Source of the DNA: Candidatus Thorarchaeota archaeon
Lineage (GTDB): Archaea > Asgardarchaeota > Thorarchaeia > Thorarchaeales > Thorarchaeaceae
Assembly (NCBI GenBank): GCA_019057475.1
Contig: DXJO01000004.1
Coordinates: forward strand, 74,953 to 138,952
Reading direction: 5' to 3'
Length of the DNA: 64,000 nt
Shown: positions 1-8,500 of the stretch, one piece after another
Layout: the number at the start of each line of letters is the position of its first letter
How positions within the stretch are numbered: the stretch's first letter is position 1
Notes under the pieces: generated by a model
What the model saw: the letters and a program-made list of their open reading frames with translations, nothing else
Database searches by the model: none
What the model was told of the DNA's origin: nothing
Translations under genes and position numbers: made by a program

Positions 1-199
1 CCGGCCAATGGTGAGAATATCGCAATTCCAAGAGTGAATGAAGCGAAGATCATCCCCACCTGGATTGCATTGGCTCCATTGTGACCGCCATGATTGGAAG
101 AATGAATGCCACATAGAAAAAGCCCAAACTGCAGAAAAGCGATGAATTGTAGATTGACTTGGGGCTCGCCCAATCAGTCTTCCTTTGCGAATCTTCTAT
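1..199 (-). pseudogene. MFS transporter 5' end (runs off window), frameshifted; ATA at expected start position
   Basis: Minus strand after GGAGGG RBS: ATA(199) EDSQRKTDWASPKSIYNSSLFCSLGFFYVAFILPIMAVTM, then after a 1-nt shift near 76 (G)ANAIQVGMIFASFTLGIAIFSPLAG, matching MFS TM1-TM2. Not in ORF track. Confidence 0.7.
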
Positions 200-246
200 G
201 TTATCCCTCCCCCTCAGTTTGCTTTCCTGTCTGGGTGTTCTATCCG

Positions 247-1230
247 CTAGAGATAACAGGCTACGAATCTACCGGGCTTGACTTCAACCAGTTCCGGCTC
301 CTCGGCTTTGCACTGAGGACCGAATTCCTGACAGCGAGGCTTGAAGCGGCATCCCGGAGGAAGGTCAATGGGAGTTGGGGTTTCTCCAGGCAGCATTATC
401 CTATGCCTCTTATGTGTGGGGTCTGGTATCGGGATGTTTGAAACCAACGCCTTTGTGTAAGGATGAAGCGGATCCATGATGACCTCCTCCATTGGGCCCG
501 TTTCCACAAGGCGTCCAAGATACATTATGACGATGTAATCGGCGATGTATCGTGCTTGAGCCAAATCGTGAGTGATGAAGATATAGGTGAGGCCATGTTC
601 CTCCTGCAGGTCTTCCATTAGGTTCATGATCTCGGTTCGAATGCTTGCATCAAGCATGGACACTGGTTCATCAGCGATTATGAGCTTCGGCTCCAAGATG
701 AGTGAACGTGCGATTGCCACTCTCTGAAGCTGACCTCCGCTGAGCTCATGTGTGTAGCGCCTTGCAAAATCCTTTGCCGGCATGAGCCTTACATTCTCGA
801 GAGCAGCAAGAACGCGACGGCGCAGTTCGGCTTCATTTTCTTCGATTTTGTGAATGGTGAGCCCCTCACCGACAAGTGTTTCAACGGTAAGCCGGGGGTC
901 TAGGACCTCGAAGGGGTTCTGGAAGATGATCTGCATTTTCAGTCTCAACAGGCGGAGTTCCTCTCGCGTCAAATCGGATATGTTGACTCCTTCGAAGTAT
1001 GCACTTCCTGACGTGGGTTCAATAAGACGAAGGATAGTCCTAGCTAGTGTTGTTTTACCGCAGCCAGACTCTCCTGCAATGGCGATTGAGCCGCCTCTCG
1101 GGACATCAAAGCTCACATCGTCTACAGCCTTTACGTATTTCTTTTCCTGCATGAAAGAAAGGAGTCCTGAACGCACAGGAAACCATTTCTTTAGGTTCCG
1201 AACTTCAAGGATGGGCTCTACTGATGTCAT
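247..1230 (-). CDS. oppF: Oligopeptide/dipeptide ABC transporter ATPase (OppF/DppF)
   Basis: GESGCGKT Walker A, LSGGQLQR signature, IIADEP Walker B, C-terminal HPYT and GCRFKPRC Cys cluster. Confidence 0.95.
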   Translation of the reverse strand: MTSVEPILEVRNLKKWFPVRSGLLSFMQEKKYVKAVDDVSFDVPRGGSIAIAGESGCGKTTLARTILRLIEPTSGSAYFEGVNISDLTREELRLLRLKMQIIFQNPFEVLDPRLTVETLVGEGLTIHKIEENEAELRRRVLAALENVRLMPAKDFARRYTHELSGGQLQRVAIARSLILEPKLIIADEPVSMLDASIRTEIMNLMEDLQEEHGLTYIFITHDLAQARYIADYIVIMYLGRLVETGPMEEVIMDPLHPYTKALVSNIPIPDPTHKRHRIMLPGETPTPIDLPPGCRFKPRCQEFGPQCKAEEPELVEVKPGRFVACYL

Positions 1231-2204
1231 TCAATCACCTCGAAAGACAGTTCTCCAGCGAAGTGACACTTTGCGTAATGTCCCTGCTTGATTTCTCTAT
1301 ACATAGGTTCTTTCTCTTTGCAGATATCCTGAGCGTAGGGACACCTTGGATGGAACCTGCAGCCAGCGGGAGGATTCAGTAGGTTTGGAGGAGTACCTGG
1401 AATGAACTGCAGGCGCTTCTTTTCCCCGATTACACTCGGGAATGCACCAATCAACTTGGATGTGTACGGATGCAGATTGTGCTTGAACACTGCCTTCGCA
1501 CTGCCCACTTCAACTAGGTTGCCTGCGTACATTATGCCTACGTTGTGACAGTTCTCTGCAACAACTGACAGGTCGTGAGTGATGAACAGGACTGCAAGCT
1601 CGTACTTTTCCTGCAGCTTCCTGAGCAAGTCCAGTATCTTGTTCTGGACTATCACGTCAAGGGCTGTCACCGGCTCGTCAGCAATGACGAGCATTGGATC
1701 ACACGCAAGAGACTGGGCAATGATGGCACGTTGGAGCATTCCGCCACTGAACTCATGAGGGTAGTCTCTTTGCCTCTTCGGTTCTAGACCCACCTCATCG
1801 AAAAGATCGGAAACAGTTGCTCTTGCCTCTTCCTTGCTGACACCTTCCTTCTCACGAATCACCTCAACAATCTGGGCGCCTATGCGAAGCACAGGATTGA
1901 ACGCATTCATGGCGTACTGGAAAATTATGGATGCTTTTCTCCATCTTAAATACCTTATCTCCTCTTCACTGAGAGCGGTAATTTCCTCATCTCCAAGCCT
2001 TATCGTGCCCTGTACTATCCGACCGTTCTCAGGGAGCAGACGCATGATGCTGTATGCAGTAGTTGTCTTGCCGCAGCCTGACTCACCAGCGAGCCCAAGA
2101 GTTTCCTTCGCCTCTATCTTGAAGGACACACCATCTACGGCCTTGACTGACTCCTTGCCGAGGTAGTAGTAGGTCTTGAGATTCTCAACTTCAAGAACTG
2201 CCAT
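1227..2204 (-). CDS. oppD: Oligopeptide/dipeptide ABC transporter ATPase (OppD/DppD)
   Basis: GESGCGKT, FSGGMLQR, IADEP, GCRFHPRC. Start refined to ATG 2204 (MAVLEV) just after the oppC stop; ORF track gives 2240. Confidence 0.95.
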   Translation of the reverse strand: MAVLEVENLKTYYYLGKESVKAVDGVSFKIEAKETLGLAGESGCGKTTTAYSIMRLLPENGRIVQGTIRLGDEEITALSEEEIRYLRWRKASIIFQYAMNAFNPVLRIGAQIVEVIREKEGVSKEEARATVSDLFDEVGLEPKRQRDYPHEFSGGMLQRAIIAQSLACDPMLVIADEPVTALDVIVQNKILDLLRKLQEKYELAVLFITHDLSVVAENCHNVGIMYAGNLVEVGSAKAVFKHNLHPYTSKLIGAFPSVIGEKKRLQFIPGTPPNLLNPPAGCRFHPRCPYAQDICKEKEPMYREIKQGHYAKCHFAGELSFEVIE

Positions 2205-2205
2205 T

Positions 2206-3753
2206 TCAGCGTCGCCTCCCTCGTAAGCGTGGATTGACAACTTTGTCCGCTGCGTGACTCACGAACACGAAACCTAACGAGGTCAGTAGGATCAGCAATC
2301 CCGGTGGAAGAATCCACCACCATGCCATATTGAGAAGTGCCGCGTTCTTGTTTGCCCAATGAAGCATGATACCCCAGCTGGGTGGCCCGTGAATATCCAC
2401 GAAACCAAGGAACGCGATACCTGCCTCACCAAGAATAGCACTAACAACACCAAGAATCATGTTTGCCAAGATAAGTGGCAAAGTGTTTGGAAGAATGTGT
2501 TTGATGAGGATGTATCTATCCGAAGCACCTAATGCATGGGCCGCCTCTGTAAGAGGTCTCTCCCTGAGAGATAGCGCCTCACTTCGTACCATTCTCGCTG
2601 TTCCTGTCCAACCAAGAATTGCAATGACAAAAATGATGTTGTGAAGACCCTGTCCAAACATAATCAGAAATACTAACATCAGTGGGAGTGTTGGAAGTGA
2701 AAGGAATACATCAGTTATTCGCATTAGAATAGTATCAACAGATCCGCCATAATAGCCAGATATCAAACCCACTGTAGTACCTAGACCCACGGCGACAATA
2801 CTAGCTGTGAATCCAACTATAAGTGAAATTTGAGTTCCATAAACTAGGCGACTCAAGATATCCTGACCGATGTGATTAGTTCCCAGCGGAAATTCTGCTG
2901 AAGGTGGTAGAAGCAGATTCTCTCCAATTCCAGCTGTTAATTCGCCCCAGTTTCGTATCAACCCTGCCCATTCAAGCACTGGTGCAATTAATGCTAGACC
3001 AACGATTGCGCCAATAATGCCCAGACCGACAAGCCCCATCCGTTCATGAACGAACTCGCTCCAGAATGATTCAATGCTCCTGCGATAATTCCAAATCGAT
3101 TCGATTATTTTGGGAAGGATCATGTATGCTGGAATTAGGATGAATGTTGCGATAAGTGAGATTCCACCCAGTGTATTGTTTAGTGGCACCGAAAGCACTG
3201 CTGGCAAAATAGTAGTTCCAGTTGCTGCTTCGGAGAGGAATCCTTCTAACACAATCCAGATTCCTACACTGCCAACTGCGATTCCACGATAAAGATCAAT
3301 CTGTCGATTCGACCAATGGGCGAGTAGTTTTGGATTCCATAGAAAGAGCACGAATGCGAAAATGAATCCTATTCCTATACCAAATGCAAAGAAGAAGAGT
3401 ATTGTAAGTCCAACTAGTAATAATGGTTGTAGAATTTTTACCAGACGATAATTATAGAACTGCTTGTAATAAAGTGCGAGGAACATTGTTCCTCCGAACA
3501 ATGCCCAACCGCTGATTCGATATGATGTTGTTATGAACAAACTGTAATCTTCAGACAACCCTGTTACTTCGAAGGACAACCATCCAACTAAGATGTTTGT
3601 CACTGAATCTACAATGAATATGACTAAGAGAGTAAGTAAGATGAACGATCCTAGTGAAGCCAATTTTACATGCCAGGGTTTCTTCTTACTTGCTGTTTCG
3701 AATATTTCATTGTCTGAATCCGTTGAGATATCTTGGTGTGTCATTTTCTGCAT
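2206..3753 (-). CDS. oppC: Oligopeptide ABC permease OppC with long N-terminal multi-TM extension
   Basis: PLGTNHIGQDILSRL, EAAHALGASD (EAA loop), PPSWG; ~230 extra hydrophobic N-terminal residues. Confidence 0.92.
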   Translation of the reverse strand: MQKMTHQDISTDSDNEIFETASKKKPWHVKLASLGSFILLTLLVIFIVDSVTNILVGWLSFEVTGLSEDYSLFITTSYRISGWALFGGTMFLALYYKQFYNYRLVKILQPLLLVGLTILFFFAFGIGIGFIFAFVLFLWNPKLLAHWSNRQIDLYRGIAVGSVGIWIVLEGFLSEAATGTTILPAVLSVPLNNTLGGISLIATFILIPAYMILPKIIESIWNYRRSIESFWSEFVHERMGLVGLGIIGAIVGLALIAPVLEWAGLIRNWGELTAGIGENLLLPPSAEFPLGTNHIGQDILSRLVYGTQISLIVGFTASIVAVGLGTTVGLISGYYGGSVDTILMRITDVFLSLPTLPLMLVFLIMFGQGLHNIIFVIAILGWTGTARMVRSEALSLRERPLTEAAHALGASDRYILIKHILPNTLPLILANMILGVVSAILGEAGIAFLGFVDIHGPPSWGIMLHWANKNAALLNMAWWWILPPGLLILLTSLGFVFVSHAADKVVNPRLRGRRR

Positions 3754-3759
3754 TCCTCC

Positions 3760-4779
3760 TTAATATCTAATTCTTGGATCCAGGTACAAGTACAACACAT
3801 CCGCTAGAAAATTCGCAAAAACTGTGATACTTGCTAAGAATAGAAATATCCCCTGTAAAACCGGATAATCTACTGATAATACAGAATGATACGTCAACAA
3901 TCCTAATCCTGACCAACTAAAAACGAATTCAGTAATCATAGCGCCACTGATAAGGTACGGTAGGTTGACTGCAACAACGCTGACCATCGGTAACATTGCA
4001 TTTCTCATAGCATGTCCAAAGAGTATTGTGCGTTCTTTGAGCCCTTTTGCTCTAGCTGCAAGAATATAATCTTGTGTGAACACATCTAGTACCGAATCTC
4101 TCATTATCAGGTAGAAACCTCCAATGAACGATAATGTTAGAACTATCCATGGCCCTGTCATATGCCACAAGTAATCACGCCAATAATCAAGGAAATTCAC
4201 ATGCACATAGCCTCTTGTGATTGTTCCTGCAAGAGGAATAATTCCTAATTGAAATCCGAAAAACATCAGCATTAGTAGACCAATCCAAAATACGGGCATT
4301 GCGTATGCGACAAGAAAAGTTACAGTGGATCCAGTGTCAATTAAGGTGTCGCGTCGAGCTGCTGCAATAACACCGACTACTATTCCGATGATTATTGCTG
4401 CGGCCATTGAAGCTCCCATCAGAATGAATGTGTTTGCAAATCTGAAATCAAAAATCGTTTTCCAAACTGGCTCTCCGAAATGTGAAAAGGAATAGCCCAT
4501 GTCTCCTTGAAAGAGATTAACCAGATAGATGAAATATTGTTCAATGAGACTCTTGTCTAACCCAAATCGTTCAACGATTGCTTGTCTAAGTTCTGGAGGG
4601 ATGCCTTCACCTAGAAGTGCCTGACGAGGATCTCCTGGCATAACTCTGAAAATGATAAAATTCAGTGTTATGATCATAAACCACACTATGATTGTTTGTA
4701 CGAAACGCTGAGCAATATACCGCCGGGTTCCAACACTAGTTCTTGCTGACACAGCACCACTCTCATTCAATATATGCAA
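3760..4779 (-). CDS. oppB: Oligopeptide ABC permease OppB (start possibly GTG 4752)
   Basis: MPGDP, FGLDKSLIEQY, AARAKGL, EFVFSWSGLG, LDPRIRY. Confidence 0.95.
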   Translation of the reverse strand: MHILNESGAVSARTSVGTRRYIAQRFVQTIIVWFMIITLNFIIFRVMPGDPRQALLGEGIPPELRQAIVERFGLDKSLIEQYFIYLVNLFQGDMGYSFSHFGEPVWKTIFDFRFANTFILMGASMAAAIIIGIVVGVIAAARRDTLIDTGSTVTFLVAYAMPVFWIGLLMLMFFGFQLGIIPLAGTITRGYVHVNFLDYWRDYLWHMTGPWIVLTLSFIGGFYLIMRDSVLDVFTQDYILAARAKGLKERTILFGHAMRNAMLPMVSVVAVNLPYLISGAMITEFVFSWSGLGLLTYHSVLSVDYPVLQGIFLFLASITVFANFLADVLYLYLDPRIRY

Positions 4780-4816
4780 TTATGTACTACTTAAAAGACC
4801 GCGGAATTACGTGGGC

Positions 4817-4851
4817 AAAAAGAAAGGAGTAGGGACCTAAGCTAGGCCCCT
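4817..4851 (-). terminator. Hairpin plus U-tract downstream of oppA1
   Basis: Minus strand AGGGGCCTA-GCT-TAGGTCCCT (9 bp, one G.U) followed by ACTCCTTTCTTTTT. Confidence 0.55.
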
Positions 4852-4865
4852 TAAACCAGTTTGAA

Positions 4866-6596
4866 TTATTTCTTCTTCATGAAGAGGTAGGTCACAATTA
4901 CACCTACAATCAGCGCACCAGCACCAATTCCAATCACGAGAACCCAGTCAACGCCTGTTGGAGGTTCAGTAACTAAACCAGAGTCGTACATAAAGACCAT
5001 AGCTCGTGGGTTGAATGATGTAAATGGTCCACCGGGTGGTGTAGTGAAGTTGACCCACTCAGCTCTCATTGCGTGAGTGTCATCAGACAAGAAGAGTGGT
5101 ATGAATGGCTTGTGCTCAAGGCAGTCAAGTTGAACTTGCCTTGCTGCAGCAGCTATTGTCGCGGGTGTAGCGCCCACGAAGTCATCCAAATGTGTGTCTA
5201 CTGCAGTATCACTGAGACCATAACAGTTGTCACCCCAGTCAACAATGTTGTCTGAGTGCATTCTCCACCAGACATGGTCTGGTACAGCACTGTAACCGTG
5301 ACTCATCTCATAAGCGATGAATGCACGTGGTTCTGCATAAATGCCTTCATACATTGGACCATCATCCATAACTTTGACGTTACAGTCGATACCTATTTTG
5401 GCTAGTTGAAGCTTGATACCTGTTCCAGTTGCTACGCTGATGTCATCCCATGAGAGGACCCAGAGGTCAAAATCTAGATCATCAAAGAAGCCATCCTCGT
5501 CTCCGTCTGTGTATGTATCATTCAAAAGGTCGATTGCTGCATCAATGTCCTGAGTTGGGAATGCGCCATCATTATCAAAGTATGCTGGGAAGAACTCGGC
5601 TGGAATGCAACTGTTAGTTGGTGTTCCAAATCCAAGTCTGCCAATGTTGATAAGTTCTTGACGATCAATTCCTAGTGCAATTGCATCTCTAACATCAGGA
5701 TCATCGAATGGTGCAACTGTTGTATTAAATCCTAGAACATAATCCCATTGGGATACAACACCTGTAACTAGTTGTAGTTCGGGTGCATTTAGGATTGAGT
5801 TTACATAAGCACCAAAGACTTCGTAGCGTTCTGTGTCAGCTTCACCACTTCTCATTGCGAGAATACGAGCATCCTGACCGAGTACCACATCAATTCGAAG
5901 GCTTTCGATATTCGGTAGTTGACCCACATATGGATTATCAGGACCCCACCAGTCGTCGTTTCTTTCCATCTGAATAAATTCACTGGGGGTTCGTGAAACG
6001 AACTTGAATGGACCTGAACCAATGTGAGCAGTTACGTTTGTAGCATCATCCCACACAGCTGCATCGGCAGCAACACCTTCTCGAATGTGTTTTGGCAGAA
6101 GATGCATTGAACCTAAGTTATCAACAGCAAATGTAAATGGTTCATCAAATACAACTGTAACAACCTGACCGCTAACGGTAATTGTTGTTGTATGCTGTAG
6201 TAGTGACCAATAGTTTGCATCTGCCGGTGCGGCCTTGTGATGGTCAAAAGTGAATTTGACATCTGCAGGTGTTAACGCAGTACCATCATGCCAAGTAGCA
6301 CCCTCTCTTATGGTGAAGGTGACACTCATTCCATCTGCGGACACTGTCCACGCCTCGGCTAACCAAGGTATCATTTCTAGGTCGTCATCGTATGAGATAA
6401 GTGTATCATAAATCAGCATGTCGTACTAGGTTGAGCGTGCGCTACGGGCAAATATTGGGTTTTGTTCACCAATATCTGAAGGATATGCCATGACGAATTC
6501 CATGACATCATCCTGAGCCGCAACGGGTGCGCCCATCACTGGAAAGAACAAGAGAATAGCTAGAATGATACAGCTTGCTCTCTGAGTGTTTTTCAT
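4866..6596 (-). CDS. oppA: Oligopeptide ABC substrate-binding protein OppA (SBP family 5) with signal peptide and C-terminal TM anchor, interrupted by in-frame TAG at 6426-6428
   Basis: GGAGG RBS then ATG 6596 MKNTQRASCIILAILLFFPVMGAPVAA...RST*YDMLIYDT; LAEAWTVS..TFTIREGATWHDG and GSGPF motifs; C-terminal hydrophobic helix + KKK. ORF track shows only 4866-6419. Confidence 0.9.
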
Positions 6597-6726
6597 ACAA
6601 TCTTTCCTCCTATAACAACTAGAAGTAGAGTACTCTAGTGAACTTAATCATTTGCATCGTATGGTTTAAAGCTTTTGAAAATAGTGATATCGCATGAAGA
6701 AAAAGCTGAATGGAAAGATTCGCTAA

Positions 6727-7521
6727 TCAACAGAAATCATGTTTCAATTTCTTCTGATACAAATCATCCTTTTCACAGATACGTGATAGCGCGATACCGT
6801 TCTGAAGTGCCTTATCTAGAGAACCTTCACCTATGTTCTCTAGAAATAGGAACCTTTCCTTTCCTGATTCTATGTTTTGGAAAATCGCCATTATTGTTTG
6901 AATATATACGCGTTCCTCAATCTCAAAACTGTCAACTCGATATTCTAGTGGGCAATTTGTCACAAGTGATGCAGCTACTGAAAAACTGTGAATTGATTTT
7001 CGCTTCAGAGCTAGATCATTCTCTCTGTGCCGAGATTTTGGTGATCTTGGAATGAAAAGTGGAAATGCCGCACCTGATCCCAATTGAATCCCTCTAAGTT
7101 CCTCATCCATTCCAAGGAGTGTTTTCTTAGATTCTTGGATTTTGTTCACAAATGCATCAATGAAATTTCGAAGATTATCATCATCTGAGTCTAATGCATT
7201 AGTTGAGATAATCGATTTGTCAATGCTCTGAATTCGTTTTTCAGTATGCATCGGTCTCCACAATAGAAACCAATCGTCTGAAATAATGGCAAGAGGTGCA
7301 AGTGTTTCATCTACTAGTGAGCGAAATGTTTCCTTCTGGTTTGTCTTTATTCTTGATGCACCAAATCGCACGAACCTGAAAGGTCTCCAAATTGGTTGAG
7401 ATACTGTTACAGATTCCAATTCTTGTTTACTAAGGATTCCTTTACGTTTGGCCCTCTTTCGAAAGAAGGATTCAATTTCGCCATCATCGAATTCTTCTAT
7501 TTCAAAAACTTTCATCTTCAC
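6727..7521 (-). CDS. Hypothetical protein (264 aa)
   Basis: Long ORF with GAGGA RBS before GTG; same strand as opp operon; no family recognised. Confidence 0.75.
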   Translation of the reverse strand: MKMKVFEIEEFDDGEIESFFRKRAKRKGILSKQELESVTVSQPIWRPFRFVRFGASRIKTNQKETFRSLVDETLAPLAIISDDWFLLWRPMHTEKRIQSIDKSIISTNALDSDDDNLRNFIDAFVNKIQESKKTLLGMDEELRGIQLGSGAAFPLFIPRSPKSRHRENDLALKRKSIHSFSVAASLVTNCPLEYRVDSFEIEERVYIQTIMAIFQNIESGKERFLFLENIGEGSLDKALQNGIALSRICEKDDLYQKKLKHDFC

Positions 7522-7626
7522 TCCTCTAGAAACGTCGAATTAAGCACAAACTAGAACCAAATAAGAAGTTCGACTGATTCTGCATCAGAGGGAGGATAGT
7601 TCACAAGGAACTTCTTCATACAATTT

Positions 7627-7913
7627 ATGACTTCCATGATTGACAAACTTGAGAAGCACATAGAGGAGAATCTTGAGAATGCTTTGAACGATTTGAAAGA
7701 GTTCGTTCGTATTCCTTCTATTGCAACTAAGAATCAAGGCATAGTGGAGGCTGCTGAATTTCTAAAAAGCCATCTTAGTAGTGCGGGAGTGAAAGTGAAA
7801 ATTCACAATACATCAGGTTCACCTGTTGTTACAGGCCATCTTGATGTTGGCGCAAAACGAGCTCCTGAGTTTATTTAAAAGAACGCCGATTTTCTGAAGG
7901 CTGATGGAGGGAT
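7627..7913 (+). pseudogene. Truncated, internally deleted M20 peptidase paralog
   Basis: MTSMIDKLEKHIEENL...SGSPVVTGHLDVGAKR aligns with N-terminus of 8501-9841, then jumps to PEFI*KNADFLKADGGI (intact copy PEFTKKNTEFLKADGGI, ~80 aa later); 7894-7913 identical to 8999-9018. Confidence 0.85.
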
Positions 7914-8025
7914 ATCGGCGGACTATGTCTGTGCTTTCATGAATAGAGGCGTTGCACACGACCGTCCTGCGAAGGAACAAAAGCGCGGACCAGGATGGGC
8001 ATCTCTAAGAGAAAAAGGGTGGACT

Positions 8026-8264
8026 GTACTGCCTGTTTTGCACATAGACGAAGCCTCGCTTGTCTTTGGCGGACGGAAGGAGGATGCTGATCCGCGACTT
8101 GGACTGAAATACTTTGGGCCATTCCACACGGACGAGAGAAACCAACGCCACAGATGCGTATCGGAATCATAGCAATGGGCAGTACACATGCCTTAGCAAG
8201 AGCGTTTCTGGAGATGCTAGGGATTGAGCAGAAGTCACATAGTAGTACGACGAATTCTCTTTGA
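8026..8264 (+). pseudogene. Relic of prokaryotic Argonaute (short pAgo-like N-terminal/MID start), frameshifted and truncated
   Basis: VLHIDEASLVFGGRKEDADPRLGLKYFGPF, then after a frameshift near 8135 QMRIGIIAMGSTHALARAFLEML. Matches the pAgo pattern I.EP.L.FG..DPR.GL..FGP..I+.G.IG as recalled from short pAgos. Confidence 0.7.
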
Positions 8265-8500
8265 TGAATTCTATTCGACGTATCTCTTTGATAGAGTCCG
8301 GGTTAGAGTTTCTTTGTTGAAGATGGGTCCGTCGAGAGCAATCATCATGTTGGCGTCCTTATGGTGGGAAGATGTCCTTAATGTATATGGTTCGGGTATT
8401 CGAAGATAAGCAGTTCGTTTCGACGTTCCGCACATATCGGTCCTCCTAGATGGGAGAGTATTTGACTAAGCAAGGTTCCCCAAGACACTGGTCGATGCAT

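Noticed and set aside
8265-8500. Continuation of the Argonaute relic or another gene fragment
   Set aside because: The frames I translated gave no recognisable MID/PIWI or other motif.
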